Part shown: positions 38,751 to 51,533 of the stretch, piece by piece
Position numbering within the stretch: the first letter of the stretch is position 1
Layout of the letters: every line of letters starts with the position of its first letter
Origin: Felis catus
Taxonomy: Eukaryota
Length of the DNA stretch: 64,000 nt
NCBI RefSeq assembly: GCF_018350175.1
Contig: NC_058368.1
Location: 217,684,001-217,748,000, forward strand
Direction: 5' to 3'
Program-made: the position numbers and the translations under genes
Notes under the pieces: generated by a model
The model's database searches: none
What the model saw: the letters and a program-made list of their open reading frames with translations, nothing else
Told to the model about the DNA's origin: nothing

Positions 38751-39309
38751 TGTGAAACAAATACAAATCTAGACCTAGATGGGGAAATCCTTTACTCAGA
38801 ACAAAGTTTATTATAAAGGGGAATGCCTCAATCTTAGAAACCTACCAAGTGTCTCAAAATCAAAAGGAAAAAGGCTTTTCTTTATGTGGTGGGACAGGTA
38901 ACAAATATCAGCAAAATCTTCTAAGAGAAAGTCGGACAACTAAGGGAAAATGATCATTACAGTCTGACAGGAGGTGTTTCTTGCTACAATCAGTGGATTC
39001 CTGGGATAAGCGGATAAGAGGACATGTTCCACTTTTTTAGCTCTTGCTCAAACTTGGGAGCAGTTAGAAATCAGGGACCCTTAGGGAGGAGAGAAGACTG
39101 GCAAACGGTTGGTCAGGACAAAGCAGAGGGTAAAAAATAGTCAATGATGTTGTAACAGCATAATAAGGGGACAGGTGGTTGCTACACTTGTGGCCAGCAT
39201 AGCTTCACATATAAACTTGCTGAATCACTATGTTGTACACCTGAAACTACTGTGGCATTGTGCATCAACTACACAAAAACCCCCACAACATTAAAGGGAG
39301 GGAGGGAGG

Positions 39310-39346
<37 letters not shown>

Positions 39347-39375
39347 GGGCAACTGAGAACATTTTGTCAGTGGGA
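38751..39375 (-). mobile_element. Possible old LTR interrupted by an L1 3' fragment
   Basis: TGTGAA start, reverse polyA signal tttatt at ~38807, purine-rich LTR-like composition; family not recognised. Confidence 0.35.
39145..39342 (+). mobile_element. L1 3'UTR fragment with (GGGA)n(GA)n tail
   Basis: gctacacttgtgg..tgaatcactatgttgtacacctgaaacta..gcatcaactacac; homologous to 33621-33885. Confidence 0.85.
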
Positions 39376-39655
39376 ATGGAAGCATTCTCTATTCTAGTAA
39401 ATGTGATTTCTCTACTCAGAACTGAACCTCTGTGGACAGGGGCTACTTGGTATTTTGTGAATCAAAGTCAATTTTATGAAGAGTAACCCCTCTAGCATCC
39501 CAACCCTTTCCCTACTGGGAAAACACTCCCTTTGGAACATTTCAATGCACATCTTTGGGAAGCCACTTAAAAGCCAGTCTCCAGGGAAACACTCTGCCTT
39601 TTAAAACTCAGGTATTAAGAATCTTAAATTTATTTGTGTAAAAACAAAACAAAAC

Positions 39656-39880
39656 GGGGCGCCTGGGTGGCGCAGTCGGTTAAGCGTCCGACTTCAGCCA
39701 GGTCACGATCTTGCGGTCTGTGAGTTCGAGCCCCGCGTCAGGCTCTGGGCTGATGGCTCAGAGCCTGGAGCCTGTTTCAGATTCTGTGTCTCCCTCTCTC
39801 TCTGCCCCTCCCCCGTTCATGCTCTGTCTCTCTCTGTCCCAAAAATAAATAAACGTTGAAAAAAAAATAAAAAAAAACAA
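39656..39880 (+). mobile_element. Very young CAN-SINE (SINEC_Fc-type)
   Basis: CpG-rich, intact A and B boxes (GGCGCAGTCGG, GAGTTCGAGCC); TSD aaaaacaaaacaaaac (39640-39655 / 39881-39896). Confidence 0.97.
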
Positions 39881-42533
39881 AAAAACAAAACAAAACAACA
39901 AAAAACAAAAACAAAGATAAGCAAACATATATTTATTAATTATTTAAATACACTATCCTTTAATGGTGTCTTATTTTCCATACATCCTAATGTTATTTAA
40001 AAACTGAGTTCATTTTATAAACTGGAGCATCATAAGAAAACAAGCTACAAAGCACTTTCAAAACCTTTTATTTATTATGGGTAAACACCAATGTGGAAAT
40101 ACGAAGCTTTATATGGTATGTTTTTTAATATAATATTATGAAAATTATTTATATTGGTTTTAATGACCCATTTTAATTGATTTAATATGATTATATTTAC
40201 TTATGATATATATTTACCATATGATTTAATATTTAATATGATTATATTTACTTATATTTGAAACATAAAAGATAACATAGTATTTATTTATATGTCCTAT
40301 GTAACACATAGGACAGTAGGGTACAATCCAAAAGTTTAGTAATTCAGAACACGACAATAAACCATATGAATAGAAGTATCTATATACTCCATTTGTAGGT
40401 TTCCATTTACTATGGCACCTCACTATACATAATACATGAGTATTTGGCAAGTTGCTTAAATATGACATCTCATCATTTTTCTCTTATTTAACTAAAATAT
40501 ACTTGAAAATTTACAGGTGACTCTGCAAGCAAGAAACTATCTTTGATTCTTAAGTTTTTGTGAATAATGTTAAAATTATCATGCCTGTGACTTGTATTTA
40601 CCACTGATTTGAACAGATGTGACGTTACCTTTAACTTAACAGTCCATAAACTTGTTGAAAACACTTCTGTATAGAAATCTGACTGAATAAACTAACACAA
40701 ATATAAAAATATAAGGCTTTCCAGTCAACACGGCGGAGAAGTAGGGGGAATCCATATGTCCCTCATCTCTCAAACAAATAAGTGTAAAAGCCAAAGGACT
40801 TTGAACGCCAGAGCCTGGGAGGAAAAGAGACTGAATCTACTAGGAATAAAATGGAAAAGCTGGAAAAAAAGATAGGTGGGTAATTGCGAACAGGGGGAGA
40901 TAAAAAAAAAAAAAAGGCCCCGTGGGCATGGAGGGGAGGGACCCCCTTCTGCGGAGAGACAAAGGGAAGAGAAATAGTGGCTAGGGAAGTGCAGGAATGT
41001 ATCTGGACAGGAGAAAGACTGAGACTCGGACTGAAACTGAGAGGGATCCAATCTCTAACTGTGGGGCTTTCTTCGGACTGGGGCCAGCTCCCTGTTCGTG
41101 TATCTGGGGAGGGGGGGATCCAGGCCTGGGCGCAGGTGTAGGTCAGGGGCTCAGTCCACAGCTGGAGAAAGTGGTTCCCTCCCTGGAGGGCTGTGCGATA
41201 GTACAGAACCTGCCTGTGTCCGCCACCCCCGGGGTGCAGTGACTGGGCCAAGGGCACAGTCTACAGGAGGATAAGGCGGCCATTTCCCTGGAGTGCTGTG
41301 GGAAAAGACAAAGCCTGCCTGTGTCTGCCACCCTGGGGGCTCGTGGTGAGGGCAGCAACTCAGTTCGCAATAGAAGTCGGTCCTCCCTGAAGTGCGGCGA
41401 CACAGACAAAGCCGGCAGGGACCACATATCAGCACACTGAGAGGCGCTTCCCCAGGGCCAAAGCTCACAGAGCAGGACTTTGAATCCCAGCCACGTGCAG
41501 GGTCAGGGGAGTTGGCGGAGAGAGAAGGACCACCCCGTCTGTGCCCAGGGTACAGTGAGGAAGACTCAAACAGAGTCCACCTGGTCTGGCTCTGTGGAGA
41601 AAAGACTGGGGGATCACCATCCCCCCCCCTCCCCCACCGCCACCACCAAGGCCAGGGATCACTCCCGGGACCCATAGTGGAGGTGGGTTCAGATTATGCC
41701 GAATCACATCCGCTTGCACTGGGTAATCGCATATGCACTGGAGCAGCACAGACCCAGCGGACAGCTACTACCTACAAGGGATGCAGCATTGCCTGGATTA
41801 ACTCTAGGTCAATTCAACTCAAGAGATACATTCTCTTCATCCCCCCCCCCCCCCATTTCTCCTCCTTATCTCTTTCCTCCCCTAGGCTGGTTACTCTAGG
41901 TATTGGTCTGTCTAAACAGACATATTTAATCCATTGTCTTGATACACATTCTACACCTCCTTCTTTACAGTCCTTTCTCTTCCTCTGGAATAATCAAGCC
42001 ATATAGTTTCTCTGTCTAGGTAACTTTATCTTCATTTTGTTTTCCCTGCCTCCTTCTTCATTTTCCTTTCTCCCTCTCTGGATTAAGCCTATTAGTCTCT
42101 CTGCTTAGTCAATGTTTATTTTTTCTTCTCCCCGCCCTGTCATTTCTTGCTTTGTATGTGCTCTTCCATCAGCACCGCCTCCACTCTCTTCTTTATGGTG
42201 GTTTTGGGGTTTTTTATTTTTAGTCTTTAGGTTTTTGTTTATTTGTTTGTTTGTGGTATTTTTGTGTTTGCGTGTTTTTGTCTCCTGTATGTCTGTTTTC
42301 GTTTAAAGGGCTACTCCAAGGAACAAATCAAAGCACATTTAGTGGAGGGTCCAAACTATTACTATGAGTAGGGTAATAAAATAACCAAACTCACAACAAC
42401 AGACAGCAAGTAACAATCCCCGAAAAAACACCTCCTGAAGGGCCAGATCCTGGACAGTGTTTAATATAGCAGTGCCCACAGGTGCAGAGCACACAAGCTT
42501 TTAAAATGTATAAGGGACAGAAAACTAGCCAAA

Positions 42534-43421
42534 ATGATGAATCAGAAGAATTCTCCTCAAAAGAAATTCCAGGAAGTAGCGACAGCTAATGAATTGATCA
42601 AAACCGATTTAAGCAATATAATGGAACAAGAATTTAGAATAATAGTCATAAAATTAATTACTGGCTTGAAAAAAGCATAGAGGACAGCAGAGAATCTATT
42701 GCTACAGAAACCAAGGGACTAAACAATAGTCGTGATAAATTTAAAAATGCTATAAATGAGGTGCAAAATAAAATGGAGGCGGCTACAGGACGGATTGAAG
42801 AGGCAGAGGAGAGAATAGGTGAATTAGAAGATAAAATTATGGAAAAAGAGGAAGCTGAGAAAAAGACAGATAAAAAATCCAGGAGTATGAGGGAGAATTT
42901 GAGAACTAAGTGATGCAATCAAACGGAACAATATCCATATGATAGGAATTCCAAGAGAGATAGAGATAGAGAAAGGGGCTGAATGTGCACTTGAACAAAT
43001 CATAGCTGAGAACTTCCCTGATCTAGGGAAGGAAACATGCGTTGAAATCCAAGAGGAACAGAGAACTCCCTTCAGACATAACTTGAATCGATCTTCTGCA
43101 CGGCATATCATAGTGAAACTGGCAAAATACAAGGATAAAGAGAGAATTCTGAAAGCAGCTAGGGATAAACAGGCCCTAACATACAAAGGTAGACATATAA
43201 GGATAGTAGCACCTATCTACTGAAACTTGGCAGGCCAGAAAGGAATGGCAGGAAATGTTTAGTGTGATGAACAGAAAAATATGCAGCCAATAATCCTTTA
43301 TCCAGCAAGTCTGTCATTCAGAATAGAAGGAGAGAAAAAGGTCTTCCCAAACAAATAAAAACTTAAGGAATTCATCACCACTAAACCAGTCCTACAAGAG
43401 ATCCTAAGGGGGACTCATTGA
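42534..43421 (+). pseudogene. L1 ORF1p remnant (frameshifts and stops)
   Basis: atgatgaatcagaagaattctcctcaaaag start; fragment IGIP..EQIIAENFPDLGKET..RHIIVKLAKYKDKERILKAARDK; ends gggggactcattga. Confidence 0.93.
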
Positions 43422-43489
43422 GTGAAATGTTGCAAGGACCACAAAGTACCAGACACAGCATTATAAGCATGAAACCTACGGATTTCACA

Positions 43490-44594
43490 ATGACTCTAAA
43501 CACGTATCTCTCAGTAATAACACTGACTGTAAATGGACTAAACGCTCCAACCAAAAGACATAGGGTATCAGAATGGATAAAAAAAAAAAAAAAAAAAAAA
43601 AAAAACAAGACCCATCTATTTGCTGTCTACAAGAGACTTGTTTTAGACCTGAGGACACTGTCAGATTGAAAGTGAGGGGATGGAGAACTATCTATCATGC
43701 TACTGGAAGTCAAAAGAAAGCTGGAGTAAGTAGCTATACTTATATCAGACCAACTAGACTTTTAAATTAAAGGCTGCAACAAGAGATGAAGAAGGGCATT
43801 ATATAATAATTACAGGGTCTATCCATCAGGAAGAGCTAACAATTATAAATGTCTACGCACCGAATACGGGAGCCCCCAAATATATAAAATAATCACAAAC
43901 ATAACCTTATTGATAAGAATGTGGTAATTGCAGGGGACTTTAACACCCCACTTACAGATCATCTAGACACACGGTCAATAAAGAAACAAGGGCCCTGAAT
44001 GATACATTGGATCAGATGGACTTGACAGATATATTTAGAACTCTGCATCCCAAAGCAACAGAATATACTTTCTTCTCGAGTGCACATGGAACATTCTCCA
44101 AGATAGATCACATACTGCGTCACAAAACAGCCCTTCATAAGTATACAAGAATTGAAATCATACCATGCATACATTCAGATCACAATGCTATGAAGCTTGA
44201 AATCAACCACAGGAAAAAGTCTGGAAAACCTCCAAAAGCATGGAGGTTAAAGAACACCCTACTAAAGAATGAATGGGTCAACCAGGCAATTAGAGAAGAA
44301 ATTAAGAAATATATGGAAACAAATGAAAATGAGAAGACAACAATCCAAATGCTTTGGATGCAGCAAAGGCAGTCCTGAGAGGAAAATACATTGCAATCCA
44401 GGCCTATCTCAAGAAACAAGCAAAATCCCAAATACAAAATCTAACAGCACACCTAAAGGAACTAGAAGCAGAACAGCAAAGGCAGCCTAAACCCAGCAGA
44501 AGAAGAGAAATAATAAAGATCAGAGCAGAAATAAACAATATAGAAGTTAAAAAGGCTGTAGAGCAGATCAATGAAACCAAGAGTTGGTTTTTTG

Positions 44595-44626
<32 letters not shown>

Positions 44627-47327
44627 AAGATTGGCAAACCTTTAGCCAGGTTTCTCAAAAAGAAAAGGGAGATGACCCAAGTATATAAAATCGTGAATGA
44701 AAATGGAATTACTACAACCAATCCCTCAGAAATACAAGCAATTATCAGGGAATACTATGAAAAACCATATGCCAACAAACTGGACAACCTGGAAGAAGTG
44801 GACAAATTCCTAAGCACCCACACGCTTCCAAAACTCAAACAGGAAGAAATAGAAAACTTGAACAGACCCATAACAAGCAAAGAAATTGAATCAGTTATCA
44901 AAAATCTCCCAACGAATAAGAGTCCAGGACCAGATGGCTTCCCTGGGGAATTCTACTAGACACTTAAAGCAGAGATAATACCTATCCTTCTCAATATGTT
45001 CCAAAAAATAGAAAGGGAAGAAAAACTTCCAGACTCATTCTATGAAGCCAGCATTACTTTGATTCTGAAATCAGACAGAGACCCAGTAAAAAAATAGAAC
45101 TACAGGCCAATATCCCTGATGAATATGGATACAAAAATTCTCAACAAGATACTAGCAAGTCGAATTCAACAGCATTATTTCACAGCAATAATTCAACAGA
45201 ATTATTCACCATGATCAAGTGGGATTAATTCCTGGGCTACAGGGCTGGTTCAACATTCGCAAATCAATCAATGTGATACATCACATTAATAAAAGAAAAT
45301 ATAAGGACCATATGATCCTGTCAATCGATGCAGAAAAAGCATTTGACAAAATTCAGCATCCTTTCTTAATAAAAACCTTGAGAAATTCGGGATAGAAGGA
45401 ACATACTTATACATCATAAAAGTCATTTATAAAAAGCCGACAGCTAATGTCATCCTCAATGGGGAAAAACTGAGAGCTTTCCCTCTGAGATCAGGAACAC
45501 AACAGGGATGTCCATTCTCACCGCTGTTGTTTAACATGGTGTTGGAAGTTCTAGCATCAGTAAGCAGACAACAAAAGGAAATCAAAGGAATCAAAATTGG
45601 CAAAGATGAAGTCATGCTTTCACTTTTCACAGATGACAGACTCCACCAACAGTCTGCTAGAACTGATAACTGATTTCAACAAAGTCGCAGGATACAAAAT
45701 CAATGTACAGAAATCAGTTGCATTCTTATACACTAATAATGAAGTAACAGAAAGAAAAAGAAACTGATCCAATTCACAAAAGCACCAAGAATTATAAAAT
45801 ACCTAGGAATAAACCTAACCAAAGATGTAAAGGATCTGTATGCTGAAAACTATAGAAAGCTTATGAAGGAAATTGAAGAAGATACAAAGAAATGGAAAAG
45901 CATTCCGTGCTCATGGATTGGAAGAATAAATACTGTTAAAATGTCAATACTACCCAAAGCTATCTACACATTCAATGCAATCCCAATCAAAATTGCACCA
46001 GCATTCTTCTCAAAGCTAGAAGAAGCATCCTCAAATTTGTATGGAACCACAAAAGGCCCCGAATAGTCAAAGTAATATTGAAGAAGAAAGCCAAAGCGGG
46101 AGGCATCACAGTCCCAGACTTTAGCCCTTACTACAAAGCTGTATTCATGAAGACAGCATGGTATTGGCACGAAAACAGACACATAGACCAATGGAATAGA
46201 ATAGAGATCCAGAATTGGACCCACGATTATATGGCCAACAAATCTTTGACAAAGCAGGAAAGAATATCCAACGGAAAAAAAAAAAGATAGTCTCTTTAAC
46301 AAATGATGCTGGGAGAACTGTACAGCAACATGCAGAAGAATGAAACTAGACCACTTTCTTACACCATTTACAAAGATAAACTCAAAATTGATGAAGGACC
46401 TGAATGTGAGACAGGAAACCATCAAAACCCTAGAGGAGAAAGCAGGAAAAGACCTCTCTGACTTCAGCCTTAGCAATTTCTTACTTGACACATCTCCAAA
46501 GGCAAGGGAATTAAAAGCAAAAATGAACTATTGGGACCTCATCAAGATAAAAAGCTCTGCACTGCAAAGGAATCAATTAACAAAACTAAAAGGCAACCAA
46601 TGGAATGGGAAAAGATATTTGCAAATGACATATCAGACAAAGGGCTAGTATCCAAAATCTATGAAGAACTCACCAAACTCCACACCCAAAAAACAAATAA
46701 TCCAGTGAAGAAATGGGCAGAAGACATGAATAGACACTTCCCTAAAGAAGACATCCAGATGGCCAACAGGCACATGAAAAGATGCTCAACGTCACTTCTC
46801 ATCAGGGAAATACAAATCAAAACCACACTGAGATACCACCTCACGTTGGTCAGAGTGGCTAAAATGACCAAATCAGGAGACTATAGATGCTGGAGAGGGT
46901 GTGGAGAAATGGGAACCCTCTAGCACTGTTAGTGGGAATGCAAACTAGTGCAGCCGCTCTGGAAAACAGTGTGAGGTTCATCAAAAAATTAAAAATAGAC
47001 CTACCCTATGACCCAGCAATAGTACTGCTAGGAATTTACCCAAGGGATATAGGAGTGCTGATGAATAGGGGCACTTGTACCCCAATGTTTATAGCAGCAC
47101 TTTCAACAATAGCCAAATTATGGAAAGAGCCTAAATGTCCATCAACTGATGAATGGATAAAGAAGTTGTGGTTTATATATACAATGGAATACTACTTGGC
47201 AATGAGAAAGAATGAAATCTGGCCTTTTGTAGCAATGTGGATGGAACTGGAGAGTGTTATGTTAAGTGAAATAAGTCAGGCAAAGAAAGACTGATACCAT
47301 ATGTTTTCACTCATATGTGGATCCTGA
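43490..47327 (+). pseudogene. L1 ORF2p remnant (endonuclease / reverse transcriptase), disrupted
   Basis: [37 protein letters not shown], ttcacagatgac (FTDD) followed by a deletion, and C-terminal LWKEPKCPSTDEWIKKLW. Confidence 0.96.
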
Positions 47328-47589
47328 GAAACTCAACAGAAGACCAGCAGGGAGGGGAAGGGGGAAAAAGTTACAGAGTGGGAAGGAGGCAAACCATAAA
47401 AGACTCTTAAAAACTGAGAACAAACTGAGGGTTGATGGGGGTAAGGGGAAGGTGAAAGTGGGTGATGGGCATTGAGGAGGGCACCTGTTGGGATGAACAC
47501 TGGGTGCTGTATGGAAACCAATTTGACAATAAATTTCATATTTAAAAAAAGACCATTAATAACTGGTCAACTAATCAATACATGCATTG

Positions 47590-47823
47590 TTTAATTTTTA
47601 ATTTTTTAATGTTAATTTATTTTTGAGACAGAGAGAGAGTGTGTGTGTGTGTGAGCAGGGTAGGAGCATAGAAAGAGGGAGACACAGAATCCAAAGTAGG
47701 CTCCAGGCTTTGAGATGCCAGCACAGAGCCTGATGTGGGGTTTGAACTGAAGAATCATGAGATCATGACCTGAGTCGAAATCAAGAGTCAGACGCTAAAT
47801 CGACTGAGCCACCCAGGTGCCCC
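47590..47823 (-). mobile_element. CAN-SINE followed by (TA)10
   Basis: T tail, GA/GT tract, ctgagccacccaggtgcccc; (TA)n at 47824-47843. Confidence 0.94.
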
Positions 47824-48189
47824 TATATATATATATATATATAAGACATATAAATTGATCCTATATATAAAGTGTAAAGAGTAGCATTGTGAAATCCTGC
47901 AGCATTGAATTGCCTAGATGCACGAATCAGATTTGGGGTTCATGCTGCTCTTCTGTAAATGCCAATAATGGAGTCACATTTTTAAAAATGTATCTCTTCC
48001 ATGGGCTTTGTCATGTTGCTACATTATAGACAACTGAAAGCTGCTGATAAAATATTGATGTTTTCAAAAGCCATTGTCACCTGTAAACATCTCAGCTTGA
48101 ATTCATTTCTGAGATTAAGAATCCTGTGTGTAGGCAGAATACCACTGGGATGAAAGGTGACAGAGATGAAAGCAATAAAATGATCACTG

Positions 48190-48325
48190 AGGAAAGAGCT
48201 GAGCTATGATTCAGTAGTGACCTAGTGATATGACAGTAGGCAAACTGTTTCATCTTTTAATTTCTCACCTTCCATATTTGCAAAGGGTTAATATCTGCAC
48301 TCATATTGCATTTTAAGATGTAGAT
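48190..48325 (+). mobile_element. MIR relic
   Basis: tagtgatatgacagtaggcaaactgtttcatcttt..ttccatatttgcaaagggttaat resembles the MIR core. Confidence 0.45.
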
Positions 48326-50830
48326 CATTTCTTTTCAAAATAGGGTATTATTAACCTAGCTCTCACCCTGACCTCTACATTGGAGATAATTAACCGGGAG
48401 AAATTCACAAGTCGTAATTATACTTGCAAATAAAACAAAGGAGTACTGTGAAATCTAGCTGGTTCTGGTCCACAGTGCACAATTAGAAACCCATAAGGCC
48501 AAATATGACTTATAATAAGAAATTTCAAATTTCAAAAATCTAAGTTGATGCATATACTGGATATTGATTATTATACAAACATATATTCTGCACGCTTAAA
48601 CAAGAGATTTGAAGAGAAACAAATATTATTTTGAATAAAATATGGGGATATTTTTCTAAATATACAGTTATGACCCGATAATCTAAAAGACAGAGCACCT
48701 AATCTTTAACCTTTAGTGTCACTGAAAGGTACATTCTCTTGATTTATGAAATAAAATTTGACCTTAACCCATATATCATATATATCACATACATCACACC
48801 TTCAAGGTTCCGGGAAATTGACTGCAAGTATTCATCATTATTCAGTGTGACTAAAAGGTAATAACGCAGACATCTGTAAAGCTCACAGCCAGAATCATGT
48901 CCACCTTGTACGACTGCCCATTTTCTTATGATTCCATGCAAGAAAAACTTAACAACCCTTTGTAATCTCTCCCTTTGTCTTTGTTTATTCCTTGTGTGTT
49001 TATAATATGCTTACATTGTTTTGTTTACCATGAACGTCATTTGCTAGTTAATAACCTCATGAAAATTAACCACTTGTCTTTCTCTAGTGGCCTCATTCTC
49101 TGTGACTCACTGTCAAGTCAATGGCAGACTCCTCCAGTTACCTAAACGTCAACAATTCCCAACTGAGTCTTCCTTGTAGCAGTGCCTAGCCCATTCCTCT
49201 GCAGCTAGAGAAGGCCAGTGACTAAATTCCTCTCTTCTATTGTAATTTAGTGTCAGACATCAAGGCTGATTCTTGCTTATTGAATCTAAATGAAATATGC
49301 TGGGAGCTTCTGCAAGTTCTGATAAACTAAGAGATGAAAGAAATAAAGACACTAGGTATACTCCTCCTGCTATAGGGCATTATTTTGGGAGTACTAGCGG
49401 CTGAAAGTCACTCTCATCATCAAAAAGAAGGGTCAGAAAACAATACAGAAGGTGGCTCTGAAAGATGTCACCATTATTAAGTAATTAAGATAACCCTGGA
49501 ATCCATTACTTTTAGATTTCTTGGCAAATACAACTTTTTAATGAAGCATAGTATATTTCAGCCAAACGACCTTAATGGATTAAAGGCCTTAAAATAATCA
49601 CTTATCATGATAATTTGGGGTTGTGCATTTATGGCCCTACCCCTGTCATTTGAGTTAAAACACAAGGGACATTTCTCACAGTTATTTAGGAGTGAGTTTT
49701 ATATGAATGCTAAGAACACAGTTAATATATAGGCAAACAATCATAGAGAGTCATGGTGAAGATTTAAATACGAGAACACATTAAATCTGGTTTGGATGAC
49801 ACTGTTTTATCCATTCTAATATCACTTCTTTTATATGTTGATCATTAATAAAACTTAAAGCGATCTTTAAGTTTGTTTAAAGCAATCTTAAATATCTCTA
49901 TTTTTCTAGGACCAACTTTCTACCTGTTATAAAATGCTGTGACTCTGTATGTTAATATAGTTTATACGCACAGATATTTTGGTATATTTTTGTCACCACT
50001 GAAGAAAATAAGCTAAAACTCCCTCTTAGTAATTCCATGAAACCAAAGAAAATTGTCTTATTCATCCTAGTGTTAATGCATTTCCTAACTGGAGTTGATT
50101 TCTTAAGTAGCTTTCCAAGATTTCCAAAAGAATGATATTCATAGCATCACAGCTTCATTTCACCATAAGCTTGAATTTAGTTTTCTTTGTCTTAATTTTT
50201 TAGAGAACCCTGCTGTGTTTAGAACAAATCACAAAATCAAATGACTCACTAAACTATGGGTAGCCAGCTGTTTCAACCATTTTGTATAAAGGAAGGAGAG
50301 GAAAAAAAAAAAACTTCTTTGATTCTTTGACTAGAATTTGAGAAAACATGAAATTATTTAAGGCTTTACCACATGATAATACACTTGTTGTCAACACATG
50401 ATTTCTTGATATTAGTATTGAAAGACTTCTCAGTCATTGAAGGGCATTTATCTTCAAGGTGGTTTGGAATTATTACGGTGACACAAACAAAAACCCTTCA
50501 GTTTTATATAATGAATACCTTTGGGAAAGTGCTGGAGAATGGACTTCCTAACTAACCTTACCATCTTTTGTACTCTGGAGAGATTCCAGTCAACCTTCAA
50601 ATATCACACACAAATCATCCTATACTTCGACATCTATTAGGCAACAGCTCCAAATTTCAGTGTGAAAGGGTTTTCTTAATATAATAAAGATGATTTAGAA
50701 AGAATCTCTCGCTGGTGACCTATCATCATCTTATTAGATAATATCTTTAAAAATGCTAATATTAATGTGTGCACTTAACTTTAATACCACTTTATTTTTT
50801 TTCTCCAAAATTCTATAAAATTCCTATCTT

Positions 50831-50975
50831 CTTTTCTTTATTGATATATAGTTGACATCCAATGTTACATTAGTTTCAGGTGTACAATGTAGGGATTCAT
50901 AAATTCTTTATATTACACTATGCTCACCACCATAAGTGTAGTCACTGTCTGTCACCATAAAACACTATTACAATG
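50831..50975 (-). mobile_element. L1 3'UTR fragment (L1_Carn-like)
   Basis: atagttgacatccaatgttacattagtttcaggtgtacaa..ctgtcaccataaaacactattaca. Confidence 0.85.
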
Positions 50976-51025
50976 TTTTGTTTTGTCTTGTTTTTGGTTT
51001 ACATTTCCTTTAATTTATCCTTTTT

Positions 51026-51263
51026 AAAATTTTTTATTTCATTTTATTTTTTTTAAATTAATGTTTATTTTTGAGAGAGAGAGAGATGGACAGAGCATGA
51101 GCAGGGGAGGAGCAGAGAGAGAGAGGACGACACAGAATCTGAAGCAGGCTCCAAGCTCTGAGCTGTCAGCACAGAGCCCAACAGGGGGCTCAAACCCACA
51201 GATTACAAAATCATGACCTGGCCAAAGTCAGATGCTTAATGAACTGAGTCACCCAGGTGCCCC
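51026..51263 (-). mobile_element. CAN-SINE inserted in an L1 tail
   Basis: Canonical reverse SINE; TSD taatttatccttttt / taatttagcattttt. Confidence 0.95.
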
Positions 51264-51533
51264 TAATTTAGCATTTTTTTTAAATCCAAGGTCATTATCA
51301 TATAGTGTACCAATGATTTCAGAAGTAGAATTTAGTGATTCATCACTTACATGTAACACCCAGGGCTCATCCCAACAAGTGCCGGCCTGAATGTTCATCA
51401 TCCATTTGTCCCATTCCCCCAGCCAACAACCCCTCCAGCAACCCTCCGTTTGTTCTTTGTATTTAAGAGTCTGTTATGGTTTGCCTCCCTGTCTTTATTT
51501 TAATTTTCCTTCCCTTCCCCTATGTTCATCTGT
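51264..51533 (-). mobile_element. L1 3'UTR fragment (younger carnivore/felid type)
   Basis: gtagaatttagtgattcatcacttacatgtaacacccag..caaccctccgtttgttct..ttaagagtctgttatggtttgcctccc; homologous to the 3'UTR at 47380-47520. Confidence 0.9.

Larger units (their letters stand above)
40715..47550 (+). mobile_element. Near-full-length LINE-1 (felid L1, lineage B), inactivated, ~6.84 kb
   Basis: 5' end ctttccagtcaacacggcggagaagtaggggg (decayed YY1 CAAGATGGCG), GC-rich 5'UTR, ORF1 and ORF2 remnants, 3'UTR ending gacaataaatttcatatttaaaaaaa. Confidence 0.97.

Noticed and set aside
40178..40256. Repeated atttaatatgattatatttacttat
   Set aside because: A local slippage duplication in a very AT-rich patch; two copies only, so not an array.
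41392..42006. 204-aa sense ORF and overlapping antisense ORFs in the second L1 5'UTR
   Set aside because: GC-rich, low-complexity, non-ATG start, overlapping in several frames; expected by chance.
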